A program made the position numbers and the translations under genes. A DNA stretch of 64,000 bases, taken from positions 160,001 to 224,000 of the forward strand of contig JAEOUA010000012.1 in the NCBI GenBank assembly GCA_016839555.1, in the 5' to 3' direction. Origin of the DNA: Promethearchaeota archaeon (GTDB taxonomy: Archaea > Asgardarchaeota > Lokiarchaeia > Sigyniarchaeales > SOKP01). The notes beneath the pieces were generated by a model that did not search any database, had not been told where the DNA came from, and saw nothing but the letters and a program-made list of their open reading frames with translations. Below are positions 50,405 through 61,551 of the stretch, piece by piece; positions within the stretch are counted from its first letter, which is position 1; every line of letters starts with the position of its first letter.

Positions 50405-52168
50405 TTATTGTGTTTTATATAATTGAATAATTTCTTCTACAGTAGTTATATCTCTAATTCCTTTATCTGGTCGGAATCGCTGAAATACGGGAAACCTCAT
50501 GCTATAACCCAGCGTGGAAAATTTCTCACTTATTGTAATCTCATCACCAATAATTTCAATTATTATCTCAGGTATAAGCCAGATATCGGGTTTATCTTCA
50601 CATATTACATTTTGAGGCTTAGTAGATTGTTCATAAGGTTTAACTTTCTCCATTAAATCTTCCATAATTGAATCTGTCCATCCAGAGGCAATCCGTGTAA
50701 AAGCGATGAATTGATCATTTTCTTGATTATATACTGCCCCTAAATAGGTTCCATACACTCCACTTCTTCGTCCTCTTCCATAAAACGCCCCAATGAGAAC
50801 TACATCGACCGTATCTTTTAATTTTCCTCCTTCCAATCCCTTTAATTTTATCCATAAAAAGCCTCTATTTCCTGCTTTATAGATAGAATTCTTTTGAATA
50901 GATTTTGCAATAATTCCTTCAGTTCCATCTTCTCTAGCCTGATAGAAAAAGTCTAGTAATTCTTCGGTGGTCTGTATCAATTTTGATTGGACTAACTTTA
51001 ATTCATCTCGTTGATTTACAATTTTTTCTAATTTTTCCCTTCGTTTTGGAAATGTTTTTTCGATATATTGCTCATCTTGTAACATTAATAGATCAAAAAG
51101 AAAAAGACATACTGGGATCTCTTCGATGGTCTCTTCCACATCATATTTCCTCCTCCTTTTACTTAATACTTGAAAAGGCAGCATTTTCTCATAGAATGGA
51201 TCCATCGCAACAACTTCACCTTCTAAGATTGCATTCTCTGCATCGATATTCTCTCTTATGACCTGACATACATCTGGATATTGTTCAGACACCTCCAGTA
51301 ATCTCCTCGAAAAAAGAATAACTTCCTCACCTTTTTTATGGATTTGGAGCCTTTCACCATCTAATTTATACTCTGCCATGAATGGACTTTCCAATCGTGT
51401 GATAATTTCTGTATATGGAACACGAGAAGCTAACATCATTCTTATAGGAATGCCATATGATATTTTTATTTTCTTTACCTCCTCTAATCCTTTTTCTGCC
51501 AAAATTTTGGTAATATCGCCTAAATCAGGATGCAAATTATATGCATATTCGATGATATCTCTGTTTTTTTCTTTAACTCCGGTAAAGCCTAATGCGAGAC
51601 CATCTATTATTGTCTGTGTGGAGACTCCAACCCGCAATGTGGATGTTATGATTCGTAATAGATATTTTGTTTCTAAAGGGGTGATTTTACTGATTAATCC
51701 CCTTAAGATCCCCAATTTTAGGTCATGTGAGCCGCTTCCTTCAGTTTTGGCAATTTTTTCCAACTCAGAATAAAGTTCTAATATTTCTATCGAAATTTGA
51801 CCGCCTTCTTTAGTTGTATTAAAATCAAGTAATGATTTTTGTTTTTTCCTTTTTTCAAGTATGATCTCTGCCGTGCTCCCGATATCCCCTTTTTTAACTA
51901 AAATGTCTTTGATATTTTTTTTATTTATTCCAGAGTGAAGTGAAAGCGCCTCGATAATCATTTTCTCAGCAATCCCCATCTTTGGAAAATCAGCTTTAAT
52001 ATTTGAGGCCAATTGTCCCTGCAAAAGATGCATTATTTTACCTAAATCTTCAAAATTATGACTTTCCTTAATTTTATTGAAGAAATCCGAAAGTAAATCA
52101 ATCATTTCCAAACGTTTGGGCGTGCTTTCCAAATCAGATAGCAATTTAGCTAATTTATTGAATTTCAT
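50405..52168 (-). CDS. lig: ATP-dependent DNA ligase (archaeal/eukaryal Lig1 type)
   Basis: EYKLDGERLQIHK (motif I), LEGEVV, FLFDLL, EGIIAK, WIKLK, RFPVF-RFRPDK. Confidence 0.97.
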   Translation of the reverse strand: MKFNKLAKLLSDLESTPKRLEMIDLLSDFFNKIKESHNFEDLGKIMHLLQGQLASNIKADFPKMGIAEKMIIEALSLHSGINKKNIKDILVKKGDIGSTAEIILEKRKKQKSLLDFNTTKEGGQISIEILELYSELEKIAKTEGSGSHDLKLGILRGLISKITPLETKYLLRIITSTLRVGVSTQTIIDGLALGFTGVKEKNRDIIEYAYNLHPDLGDITKILAEKGLEEVKKIKISYGIPIRMMLASRVPYTEIITRLESPFMAEYKLDGERLQIHKKGEEVILFSRRLLEVSEQYPDVCQVIRENIDAENAILEGEVVAMDPFYEKMLPFQVLSKRRRKYDVEETIEEIPVCLFLFDLLMLQDEQYIEKTFPKRREKLEKIVNQRDELKLVQSKLIQTTEELLDFFYQAREDGTEGIIAKSIQKNSIYKAGNRGFLWIKLKGLEGGKLKDTVDVVLIGAFYGRGRRSGVYGTYLGAVYNQENDQFIAFTRIASGWTDSIMEDLMEKVKPYEQSTKPQNVICEDKPDIWLIPEIIIEIIGDEITISEKFSTLGYSMRFPVFQRFRPDKGIRDITTVEEIIQLYKTQ

Positions 52169-52251
52169 AGATATATTATTAAATATGTTATATAAAAAAT
52201 CTATTTATATTCAATTTCAATTAATAAGAAATAAAGAAAAAATAAAAAAAT

Positions 52252-53064
52252 TTATTTCAAAAGATTATTTAATTCCACAAATTTCTTCTGCACAGATATT
52301 TTTATATCTGGTGAGATTCCCGAGAATGAATTTTTAGTAAATTTAATCCTTCCCTCAACAATTGAAAATGTACAGATAGGACCATCCATCATTTCTACTG
52401 AAAATTGTTGATCCACCTTCCGCGATACCCAGATATCATCAAAGCTGTCAAGAAGGGATATTAACACGAAAGCTACTTTTGCTCTGGTTTTAAGATCCAT
52501 TTTTAATTTTGTTTGTGCTTCAGATTGCGGAGAGGATATTGGTATTACTTTTGGTGGTTCCAATTTTGAGACTTTTGGTTTTGATTCAGATTTTTCTATT
52601 GGTTGAGGTTTAGGAGTTGGTTTTGAAATAAGTCCAGTTTTAGGTTTTGCTTTACTTTTTGTAGAAGATACTTTTGTTACACTCCTATCAAAAGTTATTA
52701 TATTATTTTCGAGTTTTTTATGCTTTCTATGAAGAAGTTCTTGAAATTCCTCGTTCAATTCGGTTTCATGGGGGACTCTTCCTACTTTTCGCTGGTCTAT
52801 CTCCTTAATTTCCTTAATATCCCTTCCTATGATACTTTGATCAATACTATATCCATGACCCTTTAAACTATCCGCCTGTCGATGAGCCGTCCTTCGAGCA
52901 ACAAGACCCTGGGATTTTCCATGCCACAGATATAGATTCATCGATGATTCATCAAGCACAATAATCGAGCGATCGGGCTGAAGCTGATCTGGACTCCATT
53001 CGATAGGCTCGATCACCCCTCCCTCCTTGCAATTAAACATTATAGCAAAATCATGCGCTGTCAT
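52252..53064 (-). CDS. Gelsolin-like domain protein with Pro/Lys/Ser-rich linker and C-terminal domain
   Basis: L..DRSIIVLD....LYLWHG...LVARRTA.RQA pattern of the gelsolin fold, then ETELNEEF. Confidence 0.7.
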   Translation of the reverse strand: MTAHDFAIMFNCKEGGVIEPIEWSPDQLQPDRSIIVLDESSMNLYLWHGKSQGLVARRTAHRQADSLKGHGYSIDQSIIGRDIKEIKEIDQRKVGRVPHETELNEEFQELLHRKHKKLENNIITFDRSVTKVSSTKSKAKPKTGLISKPTPKPQPIEKSESKPKVSKLEPPKVIPISSPQSEAQTKLKMDLKTRAKVAFVLISLLDSFDDIWVSRKVDQQFSVEMMDGPICTFSIVEGRIKFTKNSFSGISPDIKISVQKKFVELNNLLK

Positions 53065-53444
53065 TTCACATCAATACTTCTAATTTTCGTTTTCTTATAC
53101 TCTAAATATTATACTTTATATAATAATAAAAAAATTTAAAGTTGAGCATAATTTTTCAAAAAATCTCTTAGATAGGTTATATAACCTCGATGATATATTT
53201 TTATTGTTTAAGATAATATAAAGGAATTCTAGATCTCGAATAATCTACATTTCAAAAATAATAAAGCTATTAATCAATCATTAAAAGAAAAAAAATATAA
53301 TGTATGATAGATATGTTTAATTGATATAGCTTTCGCAAAAACAAACTTTCTTATTTATTTTTGCTTATTAAAAAATACCTTTCATATTTCCATTTCAATT
53401 AAAAATTAAGATAATAAATCTTTTAAATTTGGAGGATCTTTTAG

Positions 53445-54521
53445 ATGAATATTAAACCACGAGAAGAAGTTCTTAAAATGCCAAAATATGATCCACCTTT
53501 AGAGGGTCGTAGGGGAAAGCTTAGATTAGATTTTAATGAGAATCCCATTGGGTGTTCCCCAAAAGTTATTGAAATGCTTAAATCATTGACAAGAGAGGAT
53601 ATTGCAATTTATCCAGAGTATAATAAAATAAATGAAAAAATAGCGAATTATTTTAATGTAAGTCAAAATGAATTTTTATTAACTAATGGAACCGATGAGG
53701 GGATTAAATTAATTATAGATACTTATATCTCACCCCAAGATGAGATGCTCCTCCCAGTACCTATATTTTCCATGTTTGAAATTTATGCATCAATTATCGG
53801 ATGCCAAATATCTAAAATTTTATATAATCCCGATTTAAGTTTTCCAACGAACAATCTTCTTAAAGCTATTTCAGCTCGAACTAAAATAATAATTCTTGCT
53901 AATCCAAATAATCCCACTGGGACTGATATTAATGAAAACGATATTTTGAAAATTTTAAAAATTACTAATAAAAAAGGTATAGTAGTACTTTTAGATGAGG
54001 CTTATTACGACTTTTATGGAGAAACATTTTTACCGTCCATAAATAAATATATGAATCTAATAATAACTCGAACTTTTTCAAAAGCTTATGGCCTGGCAGG
54101 ATTAAGGCTAGGAATAGTATTTAGTAATTCTCAAAATATTAAATTTCTAAGAAGGGTTCTCTCTCCTTACAGCGTTAATATTATTGCCGTTATGGCAGCT
54201 ATGGTTGCACTTGATGATGAAGAATATATTAAAAAATTCTCAAATATGATTAAAATTAATAGAAATATTGTTAAAAGAGAATTAGAAAAACTAGATCTAA
54301 AAGTATATCCTTCCCATACTAATTTTTTAATTACCGATTTTGGAAATGCTTGTGAATATGTTGAAAAAGAATTAAAGAAAAGAGGGATCTTAGTTCGTAA
54401 TAGAAGCAATTATCCTCTTTTGAAAAATTGTCTAAGGATTGGCATTGGCACTGAAGATCAATGTGAAAAATTACTACAAGCAATTAAAGATATCATAATT
54501 AAATGGAGAAAAAATCATTAA
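53445..54521 (+). CDS. hisC: Histidinol-phosphate aminotransferase
   Basis: LDFNENP, NGTDE, NPNNPTG, DEAY, RTFSKAYGLAGLRLG. Confidence 0.92.
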   Translation: MNIKPREEVLKMPKYDPPLEGRRGKLRLDFNENPIGCSPKVIEMLKSLTREDIAIYPEYNKINEKIANYFNVSQNEFLLTNGTDEGIKLIIDTYISPQDEMLLPVPIFSMFEIYASIIGCQISKILYNPDLSFPTNNLLKAISARTKIIILANPNNPTGTDINENDILKILKITNKKGIVVLLDEAYYDFYGETFLPSINKYMNLIITRTFSKAYGLAGLRLGIVFSNSQNIKFLRRVLSPYSVNIIAVMAAMVALDDEEYIKKFSNMIKINRNIVKRELEKLDLKVYPSHTNFLITDFGNACEYVEKELKKRGILVRNRSNYPLLKNCLRIGIGTEDQCEKLLQAIKDIIIKWRKNH

Positions 54522-54673
54522 AACCAATTAAAATCAAAATCTGCTCTTTAAAGTATTTAAATATTTTTAAGAAAGAGGGGAGTCATTTCTAAACAAAAAT
54601 AATAAATCTTTAAAATCTTCTAAAAATTAATATACTGAATTACACATATCAAAATATATTAATTTTATGGAAA

Positions 54674-57160
54674 ATGCTGACTATTCTTCAAAATGATGAA
54701 AGAGTTTTCGAATTAAAAGATAGTATTATTGAATTCAAATTTTTCACATCTGGTGAACATAAAGGAAGATTTAATATTGCATTTAAGGACTTTCAAGGTA
54801 ATAAAAGTGGTTTAAGAAAATGTTATACTTCCATTAATTATTATAACCATAATTATAAATTAAAAGAATATCCCTCATTTAATTATACTTATAAAGCAGC
54901 AGATGTCGAACAAATAGAAGATGCTTTAGGAAGCGGCCTAATTGTATTATTTTCCAGAACCACATCCGATAAAGATAAGTTTGATTTTCAAATTCTTTTT
55001 AGATTTTATGATGATACTGATTTTTTTTTAATAGAATTAATAAGCATCAAAGACCTTACGAATCAAAATTATGGAATTCATAGTATATCCCCTTTCACTA
55101 TAAAGGATACTAAATTATGGTTAACTGGAAATAAAGAACCTACAAATTTAAAAGATATAACGTGGTTTAAAAATGGTTGGCAAAGTTGGTCTCCTTGCAA
55201 AATTTTCTTTGGAAAAGAAAAGGATAGAAAAGGTCCCCCATTAAAAATTTTTAAAAGAACTCTTGATAATCAAGATTATGAAATTGAAGGGCGGTTTTAT
55301 TCTGAATATAACACAGTTATCACTGATCTCATCTCGAAAAACTCCTTAATTATCGGATTTACCACATTAAAAGACCAATTTTCAAGAATTATTATGGATT
55401 ATAAAAAAACTTATAGATTAAAAATATTAACTGCTTTTGGGTGTATGGATGGAAGAACATTCCAAGACTCCTTTATTAATTCTTCTGAAGAACTTTTTAT
55501 CGGTTTCAAAACAGAAAATAAGGGTTGTTATGGTTTAATTGATTATGCAAAGATTGTGAAAGAAAATGCGGAAGAGGAGCATCCTAATGACGTTCCCATT
55601 GGCTGGGCTTCTTGGTATTATTATTTTACAAAAGTTACTGAAAGTGATATAATTAAAAATCTAAACTTTTTTAAAAAAAATGAAGAAAAGGTTCCTATAG
55701 ATTTTATTCAGCTTGATGATGGTTATTTTGAGAAAATTGGCGATTATCAAAATATTAATAATAAATTCTCTCATGGAATATCATGGTTATTTGAAAAAAT
55801 TAAAAATACAGGATTCATAGGCGGTATCTGGACAGCTCCCTTTTTCGCAGAAAAAAATTCAAATCTTTTTCAAGAACATCCACAATGGTTTTTAAAGAAA
55901 GCGGGAAAAAATAAGTTCTTAAAAACTCATTTTAACTGGGGAACCTTTCAATATGGTCTTGATTTAACTCAACACGAAATTCTTGTTTATATTAAGAATT
56001 ATTTCAAAAAATTCCGATTTGCATTAAAGGAAAAACAAATTGAAGAGGAAAGTTTGATAGAATTTTTTAAAATTGACTTTCTCTTTGCTGCTGCTCCTTA
56101 TGATGCAGATTATGAAAATAAAAAGCTTACTAGAGCTCAATTATATTATAATGGTGTGAAAGCTATACGAGAAGGGATCTCAGAGGATTCTTTTCTACTT
56201 GGCTGCGGTGCCCCCTTAGGGCCTTGTGCGGGTTTAGTGGATGCTATGAGAATTGGCACGGATACGGCTCCTGAATGGACAAAATGGGATTGGATTGGAA
56301 ATAAATTGGGATTTGCCTTACCAAATCTTAAGCGTGCCTTAATCAATACACTCTATCGTTCATTTATGCATAAATATTTCTGGATAAATGATCCAGATTG
56401 TCTTATGATACGCAGAACTGATACAAATTTAAATCTGAATGAAATTAGACTTCAATTAACTCTATTTGGGATTTCAGGAGGGCAAATTTTAATCTCTGAT
56501 GATATGACAAAATTAACTGAAGAGGAGATTCGAGATGCTTCTCTTATGCTCCCAGTTTATAATCCAGAAGATTTTGATCCCGTTGTTCCCGATGCCTTTA
56601 TTTCAGAATTGCCTACAATTTATTTTCTCGAAACGCAAGAAACTATCGGTAAACGATATTTGGTTGCGATAATAAATTGGGATAAAAAGCCACATAATAG
56701 AAGCATTAAAATTTCACAAATTTTACCTAATCTCCCGAAAGATGAGAAAAATTTCTTTGTATTTGATTTTTGGAATAATAAATTTCTAGGGGAATATAAT
56801 AGAGATACAGCAATCTATTTAAACAAAATCCCACCTCATGGATGTAGCTATTTATCACTTATTTTTATTGATAAATTCTTAAAAAAGGAACCCATATTTT
56901 TATCGTCAGACTTACATATAACACAAGGATGCTGCGAAATAACTAATTTCGACTATAACGAAGAGGAAATGATAATTTCATTAATTCTAGATTTAATCGG
57001 AGAACGAGAGGGAAAACTATTATTAAAATTGCCTTCCCATCTGAAAATAAAGGAATGTCAATATAACTACTCTATTTTTGATAAAGAACGAAATATCTTT
57101 GAGATTGAGGTTGCTTTTATAGATCATACTTCATTTACGATTTTTTTGACCAATAAATAA
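54674..57160 (+). CDS. Alpha-galactosidase-like glycoside hydrolase (GH36/clan D)
   Basis: NGWQSWS, GWASWY, QLDDGY, KIDF nucleophile, GCGAP, MRIGTD, NDPDC. Confidence 0.88.
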   Translation: MLTILQNDERVFELKDSIIEFKFFTSGEHKGRFNIAFKDFQGNKSGLRKCYTSINYYNHNYKLKEYPSFNYTYKAADVEQIEDALGSGLIVLFSRTTSDKDKFDFQILFRFYDDTDFFLIELISIKDLTNQNYGIHSISPFTIKDTKLWLTGNKEPTNLKDITWFKNGWQSWSPCKIFFGKEKDRKGPPLKIFKRTLDNQDYEIEGRFYSEYNTVITDLISKNSLIIGFTTLKDQFSRIIMDYKKTYRLKILTAFGCMDGRTFQDSFINSSEELFIGFKTENKGCYGLIDYAKIVKENAEEEHPNDVPIGWASWYYYFTKVTESDIIKNLNFFKKNEEKVPIDFIQLDDGYFEKIGDYQNINNKFSHGISWLFEKIKNTGFIGGIWTAPFFAEKNSNLFQEHPQWFLKKAGKNKFLKTHFNWGTFQYGLDLTQHEILVYIKNYFKKFRFALKEKQIEEESLIEFFKIDFLFAAAPYDADYENKKLTRAQLYYNGVKAIREGISEDSFLLGCGAPLGPCAGLVDAMRIGTDTAPEWTKWDWIGNKLGFALPNLKRALINTLYRSFMHKYFWINDPDCLMIRRTDTNLNLNEIRLQLTLFGISGGQILISDDMTKLTEEEIRDASLMLPVYNPEDFDPVVPDAFISELPTIYFLETQETIGKRYLVAIINWDKKPHNRSIKISQILPNLPKDEKNFFVFDFWNNKFLGEYNRDTAIYLNKIPPHGCSYLSLIFIDKFLKKEPIFLSSDLHITQGCCEITNFDYNEEEMIISLILDLIGEREGKLLLKLPSHLKIKECQYNYSIFDKERNIFEIEVAFIDHTSFTIFLTNK

Positions 57161-57239
57161 ATCAAAATACTCAGAGATAAATTAGAAATAGAAACTGAAA
57201 AATAAAAATAAAAATAATGAAACATTTTATCGATTACAC

Positions 57240-58715
57240 ATGGCTCATTTTTTAGAAGAGTTTTTAACTCCAGAAAGTATTGCTGTTTATGGCGCAAATA
57301 ATAAAGGAGCAGGAATTGGATCTCTTCAATTAATGGGACTCATAATTTCCGGTTTTAAAGGAAATATTTATCCTATTCACCTTAAATTGGATTCTGTTAT
57401 GGGCTTTAAAGCTTATCAAACAATTTCCGAAGTTCCTGAAATACCAGATCTAGTTTTGATTGTATTGCCTCCAAACATAGTTCCACAGATCTTTAGAGAA
57501 TGTGGTGAGAAAGGGGTCAAGAGAATAATTTTAATATCTGGAGGATTTAGAGAATTATGCGGAGAAAGAGCTAATACTTTAACAGAAGAAATTCAAGAGA
57601 TAGCAGATAAATATGGAATAAGATTTATTGGACCAAATTGTTTGGGAATTTATAATAGTTGGCTCTATCCAGATGATGAAGGGAGTGCTTTAAATACTGC
57701 TATTTGGGAACAACAACAAAGAGGATATTTTTCTATTGCTTCTCAAAGTGGAACACTTGCATCTCATATTTTTTTTGACCCCGAAAACTTAGATTTAGGT
57801 ATAAGCAGGTCCCTATCCTTAGGAAATGAAGCAAATATAGATATTGTAGATTGTCTCGAATACTATAAGAAAGATGAAAAAACGAAAGTAATAGGATTAT
57901 ACATAGAAGAATTAAAACGAGCAAAGAAATTTCTAAGGTTAACTAAAGAAATTACTCCAAAAAAACCTATAATAACAATTTATGTTGGCGGATCAAATGC
58001 AGCAAAAAGAGCTGTAAAAAGTCATACGGGCTCACTAGCGGGAAATGCTAAAATATATGAAGCTGCCTTTAAAGAAACAGGAATTATTAAAACCGAATTG
58101 GTAGAAGAATTTCTTGATTTAGCCAGAATATGTGAAAAAGGAATTTTTCCAAAAGGAAAAAGATTAGGAATTATTACCAATTCTGGAGGTCCAGGAGTTA
58201 TGATAGCATACCAAGCAGAGCAAAAAGGTTTAACTGTTCCCAAATTTTCTGAAGAATTAAGAAATGATCTGAAGCAATACGTTATAAAAACGGCTTCAGT
58301 TGAGAATCCTGTCGATACTACTTTTGATATAAATCTTAATAATTTTTATATAAATATTCCAAAGACGCTTATGAAGTCAGGGGAGGTGGATGCAATAATT
58401 ATGTATGGGGTATTCGGATTTCAAGATGTTTTAAATGAATTATTGCAATATGAAAGAATTGCTAAATATCAGAATTTTCCGGAACAACCAAATGTTCCAT
58501 TAGAGAAAATTTTTATTTCTCCCATCTTAAAAACTTCAAAAAGATATTCAATACCGATCTTTTATATTAATCCACAGAATTACAATAACCCTTGGTCCAA
58601 AAAAATAAGAAGCACAGGTGCTCTTTTATTTAAATTGTGGGATAGCCCAGTAAGATGTTTAGCAAAATTGTCGGAATATGCTTCATATAGGAAAAGGATG
58701 CAATCAAAAGAGTAA
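57240..58715 (+). CDS. Acyl-CoA synthetase (NDP-forming), alpha subunit
   Basis: PESIAVYGA, GPNCLG, SQSG, GNEA, SHTGSLAG phospho-His, TNSGGPG, NPVD. Confidence 0.92.
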   Translation: MAHFLEEFLTPESIAVYGANNKGAGIGSLQLMGLIISGFKGNIYPIHLKLDSVMGFKAYQTISEVPEIPDLVLIVLPPNIVPQIFRECGEKGVKRIILISGGFRELCGERANTLTEEIQEIADKYGIRFIGPNCLGIYNSWLYPDDEGSALNTAIWEQQQRGYFSIASQSGTLASHIFFDPENLDLGISRSLSLGNEANIDIVDCLEYYKKDEKTKVIGLYIEELKRAKKFLRLTKEITPKKPIITIYVGGSNAAKRAVKSHTGSLAGNAKIYEAAFKETGIIKTELVEEFLDLARICEKGIFPKGKRLGIITNSGGPGVMIAYQAEQKGLTVPKFSEELRNDLKQYVIKTASVENPVDTTFDINLNNFYINIPKTLMKSGEVDAIIMYGVFGFQDVLNELLQYERIAKYQNFPEQPNVPLEKIFISPILKTSKRYSIPIFYINPQNYNNPWSKKIRSTGALLFKLWDSPVRCLAKLSEYASYRKRMQSKE

Positions 58716-58735
58716 AAATTATTGATAAATGGCAG

Positions 58736-59164
58736 TTATTCATAACATTTTTTATTTAAATCTTTCTTATTAGTTGTCTTCCCACTGAGAATGCAATTTT
58801 TAAGGGTTAAATTATTGAAATTGAATTCACTGTCTTTATCAACAATGCAATAATCCAATTTGAATATCTCACCTAATCTAACATTATTAAATATTATAGA
58901 ATTTGAGATCTCATCATAATCTCCAATTACAGAATTATCTCCAATATATACATTTGGGCCCAATAAAACATCATCTCCTATAGTTACATTATCTCCAATA
59001 AAGACTGGTTCTATGATCGAAGGAAAATCCCCAATATATTCTTTAATACGATTTTTTGTGATATTATTATTTAAAAAATGTTTCAAACTTCTCTTAAACT
59101 CTTCAATTGTGAGATTTTCTTTATTAACTATTAAATCTTTTATTGATTCAAGTATATCCTTCAT
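58736..59164 (-). CDS. Hexapeptide-repeat (left-handed beta-helix) protein
   Basis: PVFIGDNVTIGDDVLLGPNVYIGDNSVIG. Confidence 0.8.
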   Translation of the reverse strand: MKDILESIKDLIVNKENLTIEEFKRSLKHFLNNNITKNRIKEYIGDFPSIIEPVFIGDNVTIGDDVLLGPNVYIGDNSVIGDYDEISNSIIFNNVRLGEIFKLDYCIVDKDSEFNFNNLTLKNCILSGKTTNKKDLNKKCYE

Positions 59165-59244
59165 TTTTTCACTTCTTGTATTTTTTTGCTTTTTTAATTT
59201 ATTATTTCAAAAATTTTTAAAATGAATCCTAAAATCTTATAATT

Positions 59245-59961
59245 TTATAATAATCCCATCGCATTCATTAACTTCTCTATTCCCTCCCCTGTACGCGCAC
59301 TTGTTTGAATAACTTTTATATTTGGATTAATCTTTTTTGCATCTTTCACCATTTTATTAATATCTGTATTCAATCTCTCAACCAGATCGATTTTATTAAT
59401 AATTGCTATTTCAGACATTTTGAATAATAAGGGATGCTTTTCAATCACCCATTCTCCCTCAGTCACTGATACTACCGTAATTCTCATATCCATCCCTAGG
59501 ATAAATTCTGAAGGGCAAATTAAATTTCCCACATTCTCAACAAAAATAATATCATATTTTTCAAGTTCGATATTTTGTGTTATTTTATTAATATGATAGG
59601 CATTTAAAGCACATTCACGCCCGGTGTTGATCTGTATAGTATCCACATGTTTTTTTTGAATCCGATCGGCATCTAATCGGGTAGTAACATCTCCACAGAT
59701 GACTAATATTTTCTTTTTTGGTCCTAACTTTTCTGCTAATTTTTCCAATATAGCAGTTTTTCCTGAACCGATTGCTCCCACAATATCAAAGGATTTAATA
59801 TCATAATGATTTAATTTTTGTTTTATATTGAGAGCGATTATATCATTATTTTTTCCCACTTCTTTTTGCATTCTTACAATCTCTTCTCTATTTATTTCAT
59901 TTGCTAATTTTCTGCTTTCTAATTCCATCACTCTTTCAAAATCTTTTTCTTGCTTAGCCAT
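59245..59961 (-). CDS. hypB: Hydrogenase nickel incorporation GTPase HypB
   Basis: GAIGSGKT, QINTG, ENVGNLICP, SVTEG, KHP, NKID, TSARTGEG. Confidence 0.93.
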   Translation of the reverse strand: MAKQEKDFERVMELESRKLANEINREEIVRMQKEVGKNNDIIALNIKQKLNHYDIKSFDIVGAIGSGKTAILEKLAEKLGPKKKILVICGDVTTRLDADRIQKKHVDTIQINTGRECALNAYHINKITQNIELEKYDIIFVENVGNLICPSEFILGMDMRITVVSVTEGEWVIEKHPLLFKMSEIAIINKIDLVERLNTDINKMVKDAKKINPNIKVIQTSARTGEGIEKLMNAMGLL

Positions 59962-60186
59962 TCTTTTATAAACCGATTTTTACCTTACTTTTATACTATA
60001 TTTCTAATAATAATAAATTACATTAAAAATTACTTCTAAGAAAATAAAATTAAGATATAGCTGAAAAATTGTTAAAAACCATAAGTGGTTTCAGAAAATA
60101 GAAAAAAATGAAAAGAGAAAATAAAAAATTAATAAAAATAAAAATTAATTATTAATAGGGTTTCCAGGTATACGGAAAGATCATAT

Positions 60187-61551
60187 TCAAACAGAAGTAA
60201 ATTCGGTTTTTTTTGGTGGAAATAAGTTTAAGGATACACCTAATTCATGTGCCTCTTCTTGTTTGGCGTATTGTTTAACTGATATTCCTTGCATTGCAGC
60301 ATCTATAGCTTGTCGAAAGGCTCTAGCCCCTGCAATTGGTCCCTCCGGATGAGCATGTATTGCTCCTCCACTCCCAATCATAATATTTGGACCTAAATCC
60401 TCCACAATCTTTTCAACTAATCCTTGTGTAATACCACCACTGGGCATTGGCATTGTACGTTTAATATGAGGCGCATTGCGCATCGGCATAACCATTTGAC
60501 GAGCAGTTTCCAAAAACTTGTCTTTACTTGTAGGTGCTTTTCCATAAGGAGCAGGATGGACAATTGTATCACAGCCAGCTAATCTTCCGAATTTTCCAAG
60601 TATTAAGGGGCTACTAACGCCTCCCCATGGATCTTGATATATAGCTCCAGCAAAATCCATATGTCCTAAGATGGGAACTTTCACGGAAGGATCTTCTGCC
60701 AATTTTCTCATTGCAGAATATCCAACTGAGATGTGATTAACCATTAATGCATTTGCTCCATGTTCTTGGGCTATGTCTGCAAGCTCGAACATCCGATCTA
60801 CTCTATCTGTGATATTGACGGTATATAATGTTTTTTCTCCTTTTTCCTCATCTGCCCTATCAAGCGCTTCCATAAATTTGGTAAGCCTTTCGGTTAAAGG
60901 ATTAAAATCAACATCAGCAATTAATTCATCGTCTTTGATCACATCGCAGCCTCCTACAGCCGCTTGATAAGCTAATTCTGCAGCTGGTGTTTCTGAAAGC
61001 GTATAGACACAAGGTTTTATCATATTATTTAATAAAGGTCTCTCAGGTACTCCTAAGATTTTTCTAATCCCTATATCTCCAAATTTTGGCCCTTTAAATT
61101 CCTTCAAGAATGCTTTTGGAAAACGCACGTCCACCATTTTAAGAGGTCCACCCATAGAAATATTACCGAAAATAGTGGTAAATAGCATAGGAAATTGCGG
61201 TCTGAAATTTAATGGATAAGCGACTTGTACTATCCAATCTCTATATTTAGGATTATCAAAAAAGTCTTCGACACCTTCATATTCATAATCGGGAACTGAC
61301 CATAACCCAATAACTTTTGCAACGTGTTTTCTCCTTGTTTCGGGTGTTTCCGCAGGAACAGCAACAAATGTCCCTGTGCTCTGCTCTATACATAAACTCT
61401 GTGTCATATAAAACGCATCCATTTTCCTATGGAGTTTGGCAATATAAGTTGCGATGATATGAGTCTCATAATCAATATCTTCTGGTAAGGCATTAGGTCT
61501 ACTTAATCTATCTAAATCAAATTTATCAAATTCTTCCGGCAATTTTGACAT
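60187..61551 (-). CDS. RuBisCO-like protein (form IV)
   Basis: EQSTGT, GPKFG, NMIKPC, IKDDEL, PSGG and HAHP present; has HMDFAG and PAPYGK in place of the form I-III HRAMH and loop-6 motifs. Confidence 0.88.
   Translation of the reverse strand: MSKLPEEFDKFDLDRLSRPNALPEDIDYETHIIATYIAKLHRKMDAFYMTQSLCIEQSTGTFVAVPAETPETRRKHVAKVIGLWSVPDYEYEGVEDFFDNPKYRDWIVQVAYPLNFRPQFPMLFTTIFGNISMGGPLKMVDVRFPKAFLKEFKGPKFGDIGIRKILGVPERPLLNNMIKPCVYTLSETPAAELAYQAAVGGCDVIKDDELIADVDFNPLTERLTKFMEALDRADEEKGEKTLYTVNITDRVDRMFELADIAQEHGANALMVNHISVGYSAMRKLAEDPSVKVPILGHMDFAGAIYQDPWGGVSSPLILGKFGRLAGCDTIVHPAPYGKAPTSKDKFLETARQMVMPMRNAPHIKRTMPMPSGGITQGLVEKIVEDLGPNIMIGSGGAIHAHPEGPIAGARAFRQAIDAAMQGISVKQYAKQEEAHELGVSLNLFPPKKTEFTSV

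Noticed and set aside
60187-61551. Bona fide form III RuBisCO completing the AMP pathway
   Set aside because: It lacks the HRAMH and loop-6 carboxylase motifs; the sequence fits form IV.
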